From Gracilinanus agilis (taxonomy: Eukaryota), in NCBI RefSeq assembly GCF_016433145.1, contig NC_058131.1, positions 462,691,590 through 462,755,589 of the forward strand: a DNA stretch of 64,000 bases. The letters are read 5' to 3'. The notes beneath the pieces are model-generated. The model worked only from the letters and a program-made list of their open reading frames with translations. It made no database searches and was not told the DNA's origin. Both the position numbers and the translations under genes were made by a program. Below, in pieces: positions 34,401 to 47,620 of this stretch (the first letter of the stretch is position 1; every line of letters starts with the position of its first letter).

Positions 34401-37400
34401 CTATGGGAAAACAATACAGAAAAAGAAGCTGAAAAGGAGGAGAGGAGGTAAATGGAAGGTGGTGAGGGAGGAAGTCCAGAATACTGCAGCCAGCTGGGAA
34501 ATGAAGGTATAGGACTGGCCTGCTTGGTCCCCTTAAATGGAAGTTCTGAGAGTTCTCCACTCTCCCATTGGAGGGAGGGGCCCCATGGGAGAGAGTCCTG
34601 ATGAGCTGTGAGTTCCAGGGTCGAAGTGATCTTCCAGGAGAAAGAAGTTCTTGGGAAATAATCCATTTATATTAATTATTCTTTTTAAAAGATGGTTAGC
34701 ACTTTGGAAAAGAGCTCAGCTATAGAAAAGAACATTTTGATAACATTGTACTGATTAGACATTTCAGTTTCAAGAATGATTACAAAATCAATTTCACAAC
34801 ATAAATCAAGTACTAAAATAGCTCTTTGGATGCCTGTGAAGCATTTTACTTTACCTAAGCATATTAATTGATCATTTAACAATAAACTTTAAATTGTTAA
34901 ATTTGGGGCACTTAATGTCAACTAAGATTTTTTTTAAATTACATTATAGCCATATTAGAAGAATTTCATTTGTGACTATTTTGACTATATAGGTAACCAA
35001 ACTTAATACTAAATGCAATCAGAATATGATTTGTATTTTTATAGGTTTATCTAATCTATAATCTGAAACTTGAGCTTTATTTTAGTTATATCTTTGTTTT
35101 GTGTTATGGCCAAAGATATTATGACAATGTGCACATTTATTTTAAAAATTTTAAGTTTTTTATTGTGAACTTAACAAATACCAATTAAAGTGAACAGAAC
35201 ACTGCAAATCTTTTTACATCTTGCTTTTTCTTTTACATGGTATGTGCATTTTAAATAAACTGTACTTTTTTTAGGTATCTTGAATTCCTTTGGAACATAA
35301 ACTACATAATAAAATTCTAGGCTGTACCTGATTTTAATCTACTCTTCAACATAATTTGCTGTAATCTCTCTACCCTGGTTGGCCTGCTGTGCCTTCCTTC
35401 CCTATTCAAAGAACTTCTGGATTAAGTGCACAAAGAAGACTAGGAATAGTGGTCAATTTAATAATAATTGTAATAGAGGGCAGCTAGGTGGCTCAATGGA
35501 TTGAGAGCCAGGGCTGGAAATGGAAAGGCCTGGGTTCAAATTTGGCCTCAGACATTTCCTAGTTGTGTGTCCCTGGGCAAGTCACTTAACTCCAATTGCC
35601 TAGCCCTTACCACTCTTCTGCCTTGAAACCAATATACAGTATTAATTCTAAGACAGAAGGTAAGGGTCTTAAAAATTATTATTATTATAATAACTAGGAT
35701 TTGTAAAATAGTGCCTGCAGGCACTGCTCTAAGGGGTTTACAAATATCTCATTTGATTTGATTTATTATTTAGAGAGCAGAAGGGATTGCACTATGAAAC
35801 CTAAGGTGTGACCATGGCCCTAGAATCTATTGCCTCTTTCTCTCTTTTGTCTTTCTCTGTCTCCTATTCTCCTTAATTCTTTGTGTGAATGAGGCCTCGA
35901 GTAAAAAGAGTGTTAGACTGGCAAATGCAGGCAGGACTGGGTAGCTTGGAATTCTATCCCTGATAAGTCAGACATTTAATCTCTTAGAGCTCCAGTTTCC
36001 TCATCTGTAAAATGGAGGTAATAGTAAAGTACTAATTACTTACCTTTTAGAATTTGAATATCTAATGGAATAATAATACCTGACATTTGTCTTCCTCTCT
36101 ACTCTTGCCCTCTTTCAACAAGTTCAATTCAGCCAATATTTATTAAGCTCCTAATGTGACCAAGGTGCAGGAGAGGATTCAGATTTTAGATAAAACATTC
36201 CCTACCTTCATGGAGCTTATAGACTGATAGAGGAATATGATACACAGATAATTAAAATTCAAAAAAGAAGTGTCAGAGGTTCATACAAAGTGCTTTGCCA
36301 AAATAGGAAAGGTACCAGCTTGGAGGTGGGAGAAAATGCTTCTTGGAGAAAATCACGTTTAAGTTGGACTTTTAAACAAAGTAGGAATCTAGAGTAGGTA
36401 GCCCATGCATCTCCTCCTTTTCCTATCCCCAAATTTCCCATAAGAGAAGTATATTTTGAAATTTACTATTCATTGTATTTATTAAATAAAATTTTTCTTC
36501 ATTCTTAGATGTAAAACAACTTTACTTTTTTAAAAAAATCAAACAAAAAATTCTCCTAAAGACAGAATGTTGATTTTTAATTTTTATTGCTATGTAGTTC
36601 TCAGTTCTTCCTATTGGTTGGTCATAATAGGGAAAAAAGTAACCCTCTGCCCCCTTTCTCCTCTCACATCAATCTTTTGTCTTGCTACCCTTCTTACAGA
36701 CTCACTCTGCTTGCTCATTGTTGTCACAGAACTCCTGTCTTTTTATCCCTCCTCCCATTCCATCAGTCCTGTTCTGGTCACACTTACCTCTATAGTCTTG
36801 ACCTGTTTAGTCAACTAGTCAACAAGGCACTATCCTGCCATCATGCCTTACAGCTAGAGGAGACCATAGAGATCATCTAGTCCTGCTTATAAATTCAGTT
36901 TGCTAATCCATAATAATGATGATGATAATGACAATAGTTAGCATTTATATATCAACTGAAGGTTTGCAAAGTGTTTTGCACACTTTAACTCATCTGATCC
37001 TAATGTTAATCCTTAATTCTTTCTGCACAAATTGGATTTAAGTGAGGCTGAGTTGCACAAAATCATAGAGCTCACTCTCTTCCAGAGTCATCGAAGTCTA
37101 ATGGAAAGACAAAAGTCAAGATGACCAGTGATGTCTATGCCTTTGAGAACCTAGTATCACCACCGTACCAGGATGAAGAATTAGAGTAGAACTCATAAGT
37201 GTCCTAAATCTGACCATTTTAGATGCTGTGAGAGGCAGCCTGAGAGGTGGGAAGACCTTGACTGAAGTCTCACCTTTGATATACACTGTCAGTGTGAGAC
37301 TGGACAAGTTGCTTTAAGCTCTCAGGGGCCTAGGTAACTCTCCTGTAACTCCATGCTTCAGAAAATCTGCTGATCTTTATGGGTGAATGGAGTTTCATTT

Positions 37401-37799
37401 GTGGAAGCTGCCTATATCTGAAACCATAAGGCTGGAACAACAGCAACAATGAATAGATGATCTTCATCAGGTACTTTAAGGTTTATAAAATACAAATATT
37501 ATTCCATTTGGTCTTCATAACACAATGAAGTAGGGCCTAAAAGTGTTACTGCCCTCATTTTACAGATAAAAAATTGAGTTTCAGAAAGTCAAAGTGACTT
37601 GCTCAAGGTCACACATAGCAGAGCTAAGATCTGAACCCAAATTATCAGATCCCAAATTTAGAGCTCTTTCCAGTATAGGAAAGGTATATTCACTTTCAGT
37701 CAGCTTCACTACAAAGGAAAAAAATAATACTATTAGCTCATGCTGCTAAATTCAATCCTTATCTCAGAATAAACGTCTAATACTCTTAATTGTCTAGTC

Positions 37800-37989
37800 C
37801 AGTGATGGGCAACCTAAGGCCCATGGCCAGATGTGGCCCCCTGAAATGTTCTAGCCTGTCACAGCGACATTATTCCTAATCTGATGAATATAATACAATG
37901 AAACTTTGAAAGAGTTGCCTTAGAAACAGACTGACAGATGAGCATTTCCTTTCCTTTGGCCCCCTCTTTAAAAAGTTTGCCCATCACTC
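37800..37989. mobile_element. Non-autonomous hAT MITE (CAGTGATGGGCAA TIR)
   Basis: TIRs cagtgatgggcaa and ttgcccatcact; left flank gtctagtc and a near-copy ctctagtc at 38001-38008. Confidence 0.85.
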
Positions 37990-38233
37990 ATTTGAGTAGA
38001 CTCTAGTCAAATGAGTTTAAAGCTATAATTAAAGGTAACACCATTTCTGTTTTAGGAAACACATAAAAAGTGATTTTTATAGTTTAACCAGAAATTCATG
38101 CACTTTCAGTAGAAGGAAAAGGAAAGGACAATGTTAAATCATGGTGAATCAATGAATTTTTTCACTAATATGAATATTAGTTAACTTTTCTTTCTTAGTA
38201 TACTTAATCTTGGTTTTTGCTTATAGTCTAGAT

Positions 38234-38463
38234 CAGAAATGTCAAAACACATATTTCACGTATCCCACAACACTCCCTAAAGTATCTAGAACCAGATTAA
38301 ATGTACCTGGGAAATTTTTAACAAAATAAATTAAATATACATTAAACATAAATAATGTTAATTTTTGGTTTTCCAAATCAATATATGGCCTACAAGGGGT
38401 CTTCCTATACAATTAAGTGGCCTCTATTTTTTTTTTTTTGTGGCTGTTATTTTGATATCATTG
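38234..38463. mobile_element. hAT (Charlie/MER-type) MITE with a perfect 8-bp TSD
   Basis: TSD gtctagat at 38226-38233 and 38464-38471; imperfect TIRs cagaaatgtcaaa and tttgatatcattg. Confidence 0.85.
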
Positions 38464-38959
38464 GTCTAGATCACAGATTTCAAAGAGGACTGCTTTTTTC
38501 CCCTTTAATCATCTTAACTATTTCATAAAATGCAAAGTATTATTCAGGAAGTTGAGAATTTAATACAGTACATATTTGTCACTTTGATTTTACACAAGAT
38601 CCTTTGGATAATCAGCATATAATATTTCAGTTTTATCTTAACCAAAAATGTTATATGATCTTTGCTGATTTATCTTGGTATTTTGCATATGCAAACTTTG
38701 GGGCTACTGAAGTCTTTCAAAAAGTCAAAGAAGACGGTTGCCACTTTACAGTTGGTTGCTACTTAGACTTGATTTTGTGTTGATTTGATTCTTCCTTGTG
38801 TGCTCTCCAAAATCAGAATTTTCAGGCCTCCAGAAGTTGAGGATGCTATTTCATCATTGCCATACAGAAAAATACAGAACTCAAGAAAAATATTAGAAAT
38901 TGACTGCTCAAAATCACAAAACATAATACTTCTGGTTAATATTTTATCACTTAAAAAAA

Positions 38960-39370
38960 TCCAGAGGCACTGCAACACCTGAAAAGCTACAGCTCACTTA
39001 GTTACCCTCAGCAATACAATGATCCAAGACAATTCTGAAATACTTACGCCAAAGAATGCTATCCACACCCATAGAGAGAACTGTTAGAATTAGATGCAGA
39101 TCAAAGCATATTATTTTTCACTTTAGTTTATTTGTGGTTTTTTTTTGGGGGGGGGTTGGTTTTATATGAGTATTCTCTTAAAACAATGACCAATATGGAA
39201 GTATGTTTTGCATGATAATTCATGTATAATAATCCAGATCAAATTGCTTATTATTTCTGGGAGGGGGGAGAGAAGGAAAGGAGAAATACAATTTGGATCT
39301 TGGAATTTTGGAAAATGTATGTCAAAGATTGTTATTATATCTAATTGGGAAAATGAAAAAATCTGCGGCT
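38960..39370 (+). mobile_element. L1 3' end fragment
   Basis: agcaatacaatgatccaagacaattc..aagaatgctatccac and the standard tail. Ends approximate. Confidence 0.75.
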
Positions 39371-39486
39371 AGAAACAAAAACATAATTCTTACTACTTGA
39401 AACAGTGGTGTTTGACTTTTAAATTTTAATTACTTTCTCAAGGTTATTTATATAGCTTCTAAATAAATACTCCAAAGCAAATATAT

Positions 39487-39794
39487 ATATATATTTTTAA
39501 ACATTTATTAATATTCATTTTTAACATGGTTACATGATTCATGCTCCTACTTTCCCCTTCACCCCCTGCACTCCCCCCACCCATGACCGATGCACATTTC
39601 CACTGGTTTTAACATGTGTCATTGATCAAGACCTATTTCCAAATTGTTGATAGTTGCATTGGTGTGGTAGTTTCGAGTCTACATCCCCAATCATGTCCGC
39701 CTCAACCCATGCGTTCAAGCAGTTGTTTTTCTTATATGTTTCCTCTCCTGCAGTCCTTCCTCTGAATGTGAGTAGCGTTCTTTACCATAAATCC
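39487..39794 (-). mobile_element. 5'-truncated younger L1 insertion
   Basis: 17-bp TSD ctccaaagcaaatatat (39470-39486 and 39795-39811); TA/T-rich tail on plus. Confidence 0.8.
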
Positions 39795-41049
39795 CTCCAA
39801 AGCAAATATATTTTATAGGAAGTAAGAGGAATATTTAGGCAGCTCTCAAGATTTTGAGGACAGGACCTATGTGAGGCTCATCTACTTTTTAAAATGTTGA
39901 AGAAAAACAAGCCTATGATTTCATTTGGACCAGGTCCTAGCATCAGGCATCAAGAACAGCAATAAACCTTGACAGGACTTGGTATTGATGCATGGTTTGT
40001 AGCCATGTTACATTAGCTATAGAAGCCAGAAACAAAGCAGATAGATGATTGAGACACCTGATGTCATTTGGATACTGCTGTTGTCATTTAAGATGACAGC
40101 ATTGTGTAGTGGTAAGAAGGCTGGATTCAGTCTGAGGATTTTCGTTCGAATCTTGACACTACCTTAAGTATATCACTAAATCTTCCTGGGCATCTGTTGC
40201 CTCATTTGTAAAATGAAGGAGTTAGACTAGGTGAACCCTGAAGTTTCTTTCAAGCCTAATTTTATAATCCTATGACAGATGTGATACATTTATTAACCTA
40301 ATCTCTCATTCTGCATTATTTCTGGAGAAAACAAGTTCTCACTAATTTAGCTACTGACCCATAGGTATCTTTTATATTTAGTTCTCAGGGCAGTGGCTGT
40401 TTTGCTTCTTATTTTATTGTATTTACCAGTTTAGCGCAGAACCATCAAATACAGCCCTATTATTCTTTCCAAATAATTATTTGTTGCCAAAATTATGGGA
40501 TCACTTAGTATACTTGAGCATGAGACAAGGATAAAGAACATTTAGAAGAAGGGGGCATCAGTAAGTATGTCATAAGAGATGACTGGGATGTTGGAATTGG
40601 AAGAGATAATCATTGGCATATGATGATCAGAGTGAGATTCACAAGGAAGGGACCAAACAACACATTTATTAGAATATATATATATATGTATATATATATC
40701 TGTCCCAATAGTTGATCACATGCTGCTATTTAGGATTCTGGTTTAGTTAAAAATGAGAAGAGAGTAGTACTAAGTCACTGGCTTATATCTATAAAACATT
40801 GCTCGAGATTAACAATTCATTTTTTTCAATACTAATTACATTTGTGATTTCACATGAATATTCCCTTCAGTGGTACAAATCATCACCCATCCATACCTTC
40901 TTAAATGACTTTCTTAGAGATAATTTATTTTACTAAATACATGTAATAATTTTCTACATAACTCCCTCACTTCCTTCCCTCCCCCTTCCCAGAGATGGTA
41001 AACTATGTGATCTGGGTTATACATGAATTATCATATAAAACCTAACATG

Positions 41050-41340
41050 TGACTCTCATCTATGTTCTCTCATAGACATTTCACAAAAGATCCATCCAAT
41101 GTTTGATCTCTTGGCAAAGAATGGGTAGTCATGGAACATGTTGGCTATCCACGTGGCCTTGCTCTCACTCCATGACTGGCCAACTATCTTTTCTAATGTT
41201 TCTTTGATAATATCTTTTATGCCGTTTCTTGTATGTAATTCTTCATTGGTAATGTGTTGCTGCCTTTTCATGCTCACTGTGCATTCCTCCATTACTTTTT
41301 GGGGGACCCACAACTTGAAATCCTCAGAGACTCTGGTACT
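41050..41340 (-). mobile_element. RTE LINE 3' fragment
   Basis: ORF 41056-41313 (VPQKVME, QHITNEELHTRNGIKDII) resembles the RTE post-RT region. Confidence 0.7.
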
Positions 41341-43009
41341 TTACAACTTGTAGCCAGATGGCAGCACTAGAATAAGATAGGCCTTCTATTTTAGTAAGAG
41401 GCCTTGGATCATTTAAAGCACTGAACAATTTTGGAAATGCAATCTAGTCTGCTATACTTTAATTCCTTGTCCATCTAGTGTCTGTCCAATATATATGTAA
41501 TAGTATATATCGCAAGCTAGACAATAGGCACTCTTCATCTACTTCCAGGCCAAACACTTGAATTTGGAACTCCTTTAGGAGACTTTGAATGTTCTGAAGC
41601 ATGACAGAATTAACATAACTTGAAGCATGATAGAATCACATAACATCTTGTGAAGATGGGTGCATTTGGAGGACTTCTTCATCGAAAGAGAATTCCTGTC
41701 AAATTTGGATTTAGTGCTGCATATCGTTCAAGAGAACAGCAAACACATGTGGCAAAAATACATCTCTAATTCTTATGATTGATAATATCTTTAAGTGGAG
41801 GGTTATTGGACAAAGTTATCTACTACTTTATTTGTCAAGGAATTTTGCATTATTTGAATGTATGCAGGGAAAATACTTTGTTGGAAGAGAACTTTCAAGG
41901 CAGCATTTGCTCTACTGCATCAAAGGCTTTTGTATAGTCAGCAAACAACAAAGAAGCACTGTGAGTGAGATCATGCATTCTCTGCTTCTTTCTGTCATTT
42001 GTATTACTTTAAAGTATGATCTGTTATAGAAGTTTCCAAAAGCCTCCCTTCTTATACCCTAGCCAAGGATGTCCAAATGAGTACTTTATTCTCATTTTTT
42101 TTTAGGGAAAGTAGACATGCAGGTCAGTAATTATTGATATTTTATCTTTTTTCAGCAACCCTAACACCCTCCTTCCCCAAGCATTCAGTATCCTCTGTTT
42201 CAGCTACTTTGGTCCATCCAAACTCTCAAAATTGTTTTGTATTTAGGTGGAATTCTTTTGTCTAGAAGTCCTTTCCTCCTTCTCCTTTTCCTTCTTCTTC
42301 TTTGCCAGGGGTTTCTGTATATAGCTGTTAGCATTAGCCTAAATGTGGTATCTCCAGTGTCATTGATGGAAATAGTTTACCATAGAAGATTTGAAAGGTC
42401 TTTCTCATTTTTCATCTGTTCTTTTAGTTTCATCTTTAAGTGTTTTAGGAATCTGGCATAAGTGGGCCACTTCAATTCAGCAGATAATTACTAAGTATCT
42501 AACTCTGCAAGGCACTATCCTAGATACAAAGACAAAAATAAAGTTGTCCATGCTCTCAAGGGATCTTACTGGGGAAAAGAGGGTACAAACATGCACACAA
42601 ATGAGTATAGGACAAAGAAAATTTAGATGAAAGCATTAAAAAATTGAAAGGAATCACGGAGCTGAAGTTGTTCTCTGAGTTGAGATTTGGAGATAAGAAT
42701 GCTAAGGCAGAAATGAAAAGGGAATTCATTCCAGGCAGAGCTAACACTTTATATAAATTTATAGAGAGGGTAGTTGGATTATCAAGTTTAGGAAACAGCC
42801 AGTAGTTTTGTTTGAATGGAATGTAGAGTTTGAGTAGTATGGAATAAAGCTGGAAAGACAGGTGGGAGCTAGATTGGGGACTTTAATTGTCAGGCTGTGC
42901 TTTTATTTTATATCCTGTAGGCAATGGGAAGTCATTTTAGATTTTAAAATAGGAGTAGCATCTTCAGATGTTTGGCTTAAGATTATTTTGACAATCCAAA
43001 GAGATAATT

Positions 43010-43615
43010 AGGAAAAATGTTTGTGCAAAAATATTCATACCTGTGCTCTTTGTGGTGGCAAAAAATTGGAAAATGAGGGGGTGTCTCTCAATTGGGGAAT
43101 GGCTAAACAAATTGTGGTATTTGATGGTGATGGATTACTATTGTGCTCTAAGGAGTGATGAGCTGGAGGAATTCTATATGAACTAGAAGAACCTCAATGA
43201 ACTGATGCAGTGTGAAATGAGCAGAACCAAGAGAACACTGAACACTGAAAGTGAAACAGTGCGGAACTATCCAATGTAATAGATTTTACTACTAGTAGTA
43301 ATACAATAATCCAGGACATTCCTAAAGGACTTATGAGAAAGAATGCTACCCATGTTGAGAGAAAGAACTATGGAAGTAGAAATGCAAAAGAAAAACTTAT
43401 GACTTATCACTTGTTTATATGAGTATATGATTTGGGGTATTAGCTCTATGGCAAAAATGAATAATGTAGAAATAGGTATCAAGTGATAACATTTGTACAA
43501 CCCAGTAGAATTGCTTGTCAGCTCTGGGAGGGGGGAGGGGAAAAGAGAGGGAAAGAAAATGAATTATGTAAACATGGAAAATATTTTGAAAATAAATTTT
43601 AAATTAAAAAAAAAA
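43010..43615 (+). mobile_element. L1 3' end fragment
   Basis: ctctttgtggtggcaaaaaattggaaaatgagggggtgtc and a tail ending in an A-rich run. Confidence 0.85.
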
Positions 43616-46600
43616 GATTATTTTGACAAGCATGTGTAGGATGAATTGGAGAAGGGAGAGAGTGTTGGATGACCAGTTAGGAGACTATTCCAATAATCCA
43701 GGAGAGTAACTGGGATCTTCTAGATAACTGAAAACATGATTCTTAGCATCCTCTACATTCTTTTTTATTACTTTCTCACGGTCACTGCAGAAGTAGAAGG
43801 GGGCTGCATCAGATTGAGGGTCATTTTATATTTGTGTTTTAAAAAGAAAACAAAAATATGTATGCTTTCCATTCATGTACATAACACTTGATCATAGAAT
43901 ATAGAATAATACTGCTGCAGAACTGGAAGTGATTCGAGATCATTAGGTTACAATCTCATAGAGCAGCATAGTAGAAACAACACTGAGCTTAGAGTTAAGT
44001 AAGACTTGCATTCACATTCCACCTCTGATACTTAACAAACCATGTGATTATGGACAGGCTGCTTAAATGTCTCTGGCCTATTTCCTTCACAGAATTGTTT
44101 GGGGGCAGGGCAGGAGAGGAAGAGAATTGAATCTCTGATTTCATTGGTATTGGGAACCTGAAAAGTGACTTGTTCAGGGTCACACAAACCATTACATGTC
44201 AGAAGAAAAGTCTGAACCCTGGTTTCCTTGATTCTGAGGTCATCTCGCCACAGGCTTATTTTAAGAAAATGGATAATACACAAACTTTAACCTTAAAACA
44301 CTTGCGTTAATGTTATATGCACAGAGGAATAATAAAAGCTAGCATTTATATAGTCTTTTTACATTTGCAAAGTACTTTATTCTTATTATTTATTACTTTT
44401 ATTACACTTGATTATCACAACCCATTAGGTGGGTGCTATTATAATCCCCATTTTACAGATGAGGAAACTGAGGCAAACTGAAGTGACTTGCCCAGGATCA
44501 CAATGGCTTGTAGGTGTCTGAGGCTGGATTTAAATTCATGTCTTTTGATTCCAAGATGCCAAATGAGAACCAATGGTCAAGTGTCATGCAAGGTTACAAA
44601 GTTAGTCAGTTGTAGAACTAGGATTTTTCTATCCTAGTCTGTCATAACACTCTTTCCATGCTTTTGCCTTATAGCACAGAAGATAACAGACATTTTTAAT
44701 CCTGAATTCCAGATCACATAGAAAACAGGTAAGACCAAGGAAGAGCAAATTTAGAGCCAAAAAGGATCACTGAAGCCATTTAGTTCAACCTTTTATTTTA
44801 CAGATGAGGAAACTGAAGTCCCAAGAAGTAATACAGAGTTGGAATTTGGATCTAGGTCTTCCTGACTCCAAACCCACTGTTCTTTCCCTTGATTCTTTTT
44901 AAACCCTCACCTTCTGTCTTAGAATCCTTACTATGTCGTGGTTCCAAGGCAGAAAAGTGGTAAGGGCTAGGCAATGGGGGTTAAGTGACTTGCCCAGGGT
45001 CACACAGCTAGGAAGTGTCTGAGGCCAGATTTGAACCCAGGACCTAGGTCTGGCTCTCAATTCATTGAGCCATCCAGCTGCACCACTCCCCCCAACCCCC
45101 TTTCCTTTGATTCTGCTGTAAGACTGTGTGAATATATTTCTTGGGAACCAGGGATCAGGGAGAGGAAATTAAGATTTTACAGGAAATGACAGCTGCAAAT
45201 TCCGGTGAGCAGTCAATTCAATTTGCCCAAATTTCTTAAGGCTCCATTCTACTTCTATCCCATTTCAGGCAATAAGACAATAGGAATTAGCTCCTTAAGT
45301 TAGGCTGTCCTGGAACTTACAAGGCTTGTGATTCTAGGGGGCTTATGTGGTATTCATTAACATTTACTCTGACAAATTAGGGAGGCAGAAGAGTTGAATA
45401 AAACAGAATAAGAAAAGATGGGGCAGGAGTAATAATTTTCTTATTAGAGAACCTAAGTAGAACTAAGGGATAGCAATGTTTTCTATAGCCACAAAAATGT
45501 AAAAAGATGCACATATTTAACACATTTAACTCTTTAGCAGTTTGATTTTTATCTTTGACTTTTGATAGTGTACTTATGTAATTTTAGAATTAAGGCATTA
45601 CTCACGACTAGTTTACCAATGTCTTTGTATTATCTCTATCCAGTGCTTTGATCACTGGAAATTTCCTACAGATTTACAAATTCCAATAAGAAGGGAAAAA
45701 GAAATCATCTAAAAAGACCGATGTGAATGAACTGTCTTTCTGTTTTTAGTACAGAATATGGAAGAATAGAAGATATATGATGTGGCCTGTAGAATAGCAT
45801 AAGGAGTGTTATAAAAGACAGTAAACACTAGGTAAAACAAAAAGGGCTTTTAAAAGTCCTTTATAAAAACCTTCCTTATCACAGAAAAGCAGGGCAAAAA
45901 TATATGAGATGTAATATATATTCTTAAAAAGCTACATGTGAGACGAGGTCATAGTTTCACATTTAATTCTCTTCTCCTGGACTTATTGTATATGGAAATA
46001 TTCATTTTGTTGATGATGTTCTGGTTGATAATTTAAAAATGAAAACAAAGTAAAAACAATTTTGGAGGAAAGAGAATCAAAGGAGAGCTGTTACCCTAAG
46101 CAGGATAATAACTATGGCTTTGAGATAAGGGCAACTATTGGACTCATTTTTATTGTTTTCTCTACTAAACAATGATCATTAGACTGAAAAGAATGAAAAA
46201 ATGGCTTCTAGGGATTTGAATCCCAAGGTAAGTAAAAAGATAAGTGCATCTAATGCTTTTAATGCTAAGCCATGAGGACCAGAAAAATCATAAAGTGTAA
46301 TGGAAGAACTGGAGAATGTGACTGCTGACCCAGTCTGTTTTATCTGAAAGATCCTGGAGAGGGGCAGCTGGGGAGCACAGTGGATAGAGCACCAGGTCTG
46401 GTGTCAGGAAAACTTGGGTTCAAATCTGGTCTCAGACACATCCTAGCTTTGTGACCCTGAGCAGTCACTTAATCCCGTTTGCCTAGGCCTTGTTCTTCCC
46501 ATCTTAAGAGTGATTACCATGACAGAAAGTTTGAAAAAAAAAAAAATCATGGAGAATGGGAGGTTGTTATTCAGATTTTCAAAAAAGTAGAGTGTCAATG

Positions 46601-46799
46601 GATTGGTGGCTCAATGGATCAGGCCTAGAGATAGGAAGTCCTGGGTTCAAACCTAAACTTAAAGACACTTCCTAGTTGTGTGATCTTTAACCCCCATTGC
46701 CTACTCCTTACCACTCTTCTGCCTTGGAACCAATACAGTTTTGAGTCTAAGATGGAAAGTAAGGGTTTAAAAAAAAAAGTAGGCTAGTAAGCCTGATCA

Positions 46800-47620
46800 G
46801 TTTCTGGTGAAATGCTAGAAAATATTTTTAAAGGAGGGTTCTTAACACCTATAAACATAAGTAGTATGCACAAAGCATTGGAACAAGTTATGCCAGACTA
46901 TTTACTACTAGACTGGTATATCACAGAAATGTTTTTAGTTCAATTTAAATAGATCTCAGCAAAGCATTTAACAATCTGTAAGCAAGAGGAAGAGCTGTGG
47001 GATAGACAATAGTGAAGTTAGTTCTTTTTTTTGAGAGACTGAATAACTATCCAGAGAAGGGTTCATTAATAACTTGATATCAACTTGGAGCAAGGTTCCT
47101 AATGCAGAGCCTCTTGATCTGGGCCTTGAGTTTATGTAATTTAACATTTTTATCAATGGCTTGGAAGAAAGTATAAATAGCATAATTTCAGACGCTATAG
47201 GACTGGGAAGGAGAGTAAACACACTGGATGACAGTCAGGATTTTTAAGAAAGTAGCCTTAAACAGGATAAAATATTGGGTTGAATCTAAAATTAAATAGG
47301 AAAAGTGTCAAGTTCTTTACTTATAAAGTTTATTTTTTAATCCAAATATAAGATAAGGTAGGTATTGCTAAACAAATTCTATGCCTCAGTAACATTCATT
47401 CCAGCCAAATAAGCTAATGCAATTTTAGATTATATTAAAAAGGCTTTAGGTTTAGGCCTCAGAAGGTGACAGCCTCACTGTTTTCTGCCCTGGTTAGATC
47501 ACTTGCAGGTTTAGGCTTGATATTTTAGAAAGGACTTTGGTAAGCTGGAGAGTATCCAAAGAACTTCCATGATGGTGAAGGGATTCATGTTCATGCCTCA
47601 TAATAATCATCTAAAGGAAT
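46800..47620 (+). mobile_element. CR1/L3 reverse-transcriptase fragment
   Basis: taacatttttatcaatggcttgga matches the FNIFINDL motif of CR1 RT, with downstream CR1-like text. Confidence 0.7.

Noticed and set aside
41654-41782. Two overlapping open frames in unique-looking sequence; one faintly resembles a mariner transposase C-terminus (WQKYI)
   Set aside because: Short, no catalytic motif (YSPDL) upstream and no TIRs; expected by chance in 64 kb.
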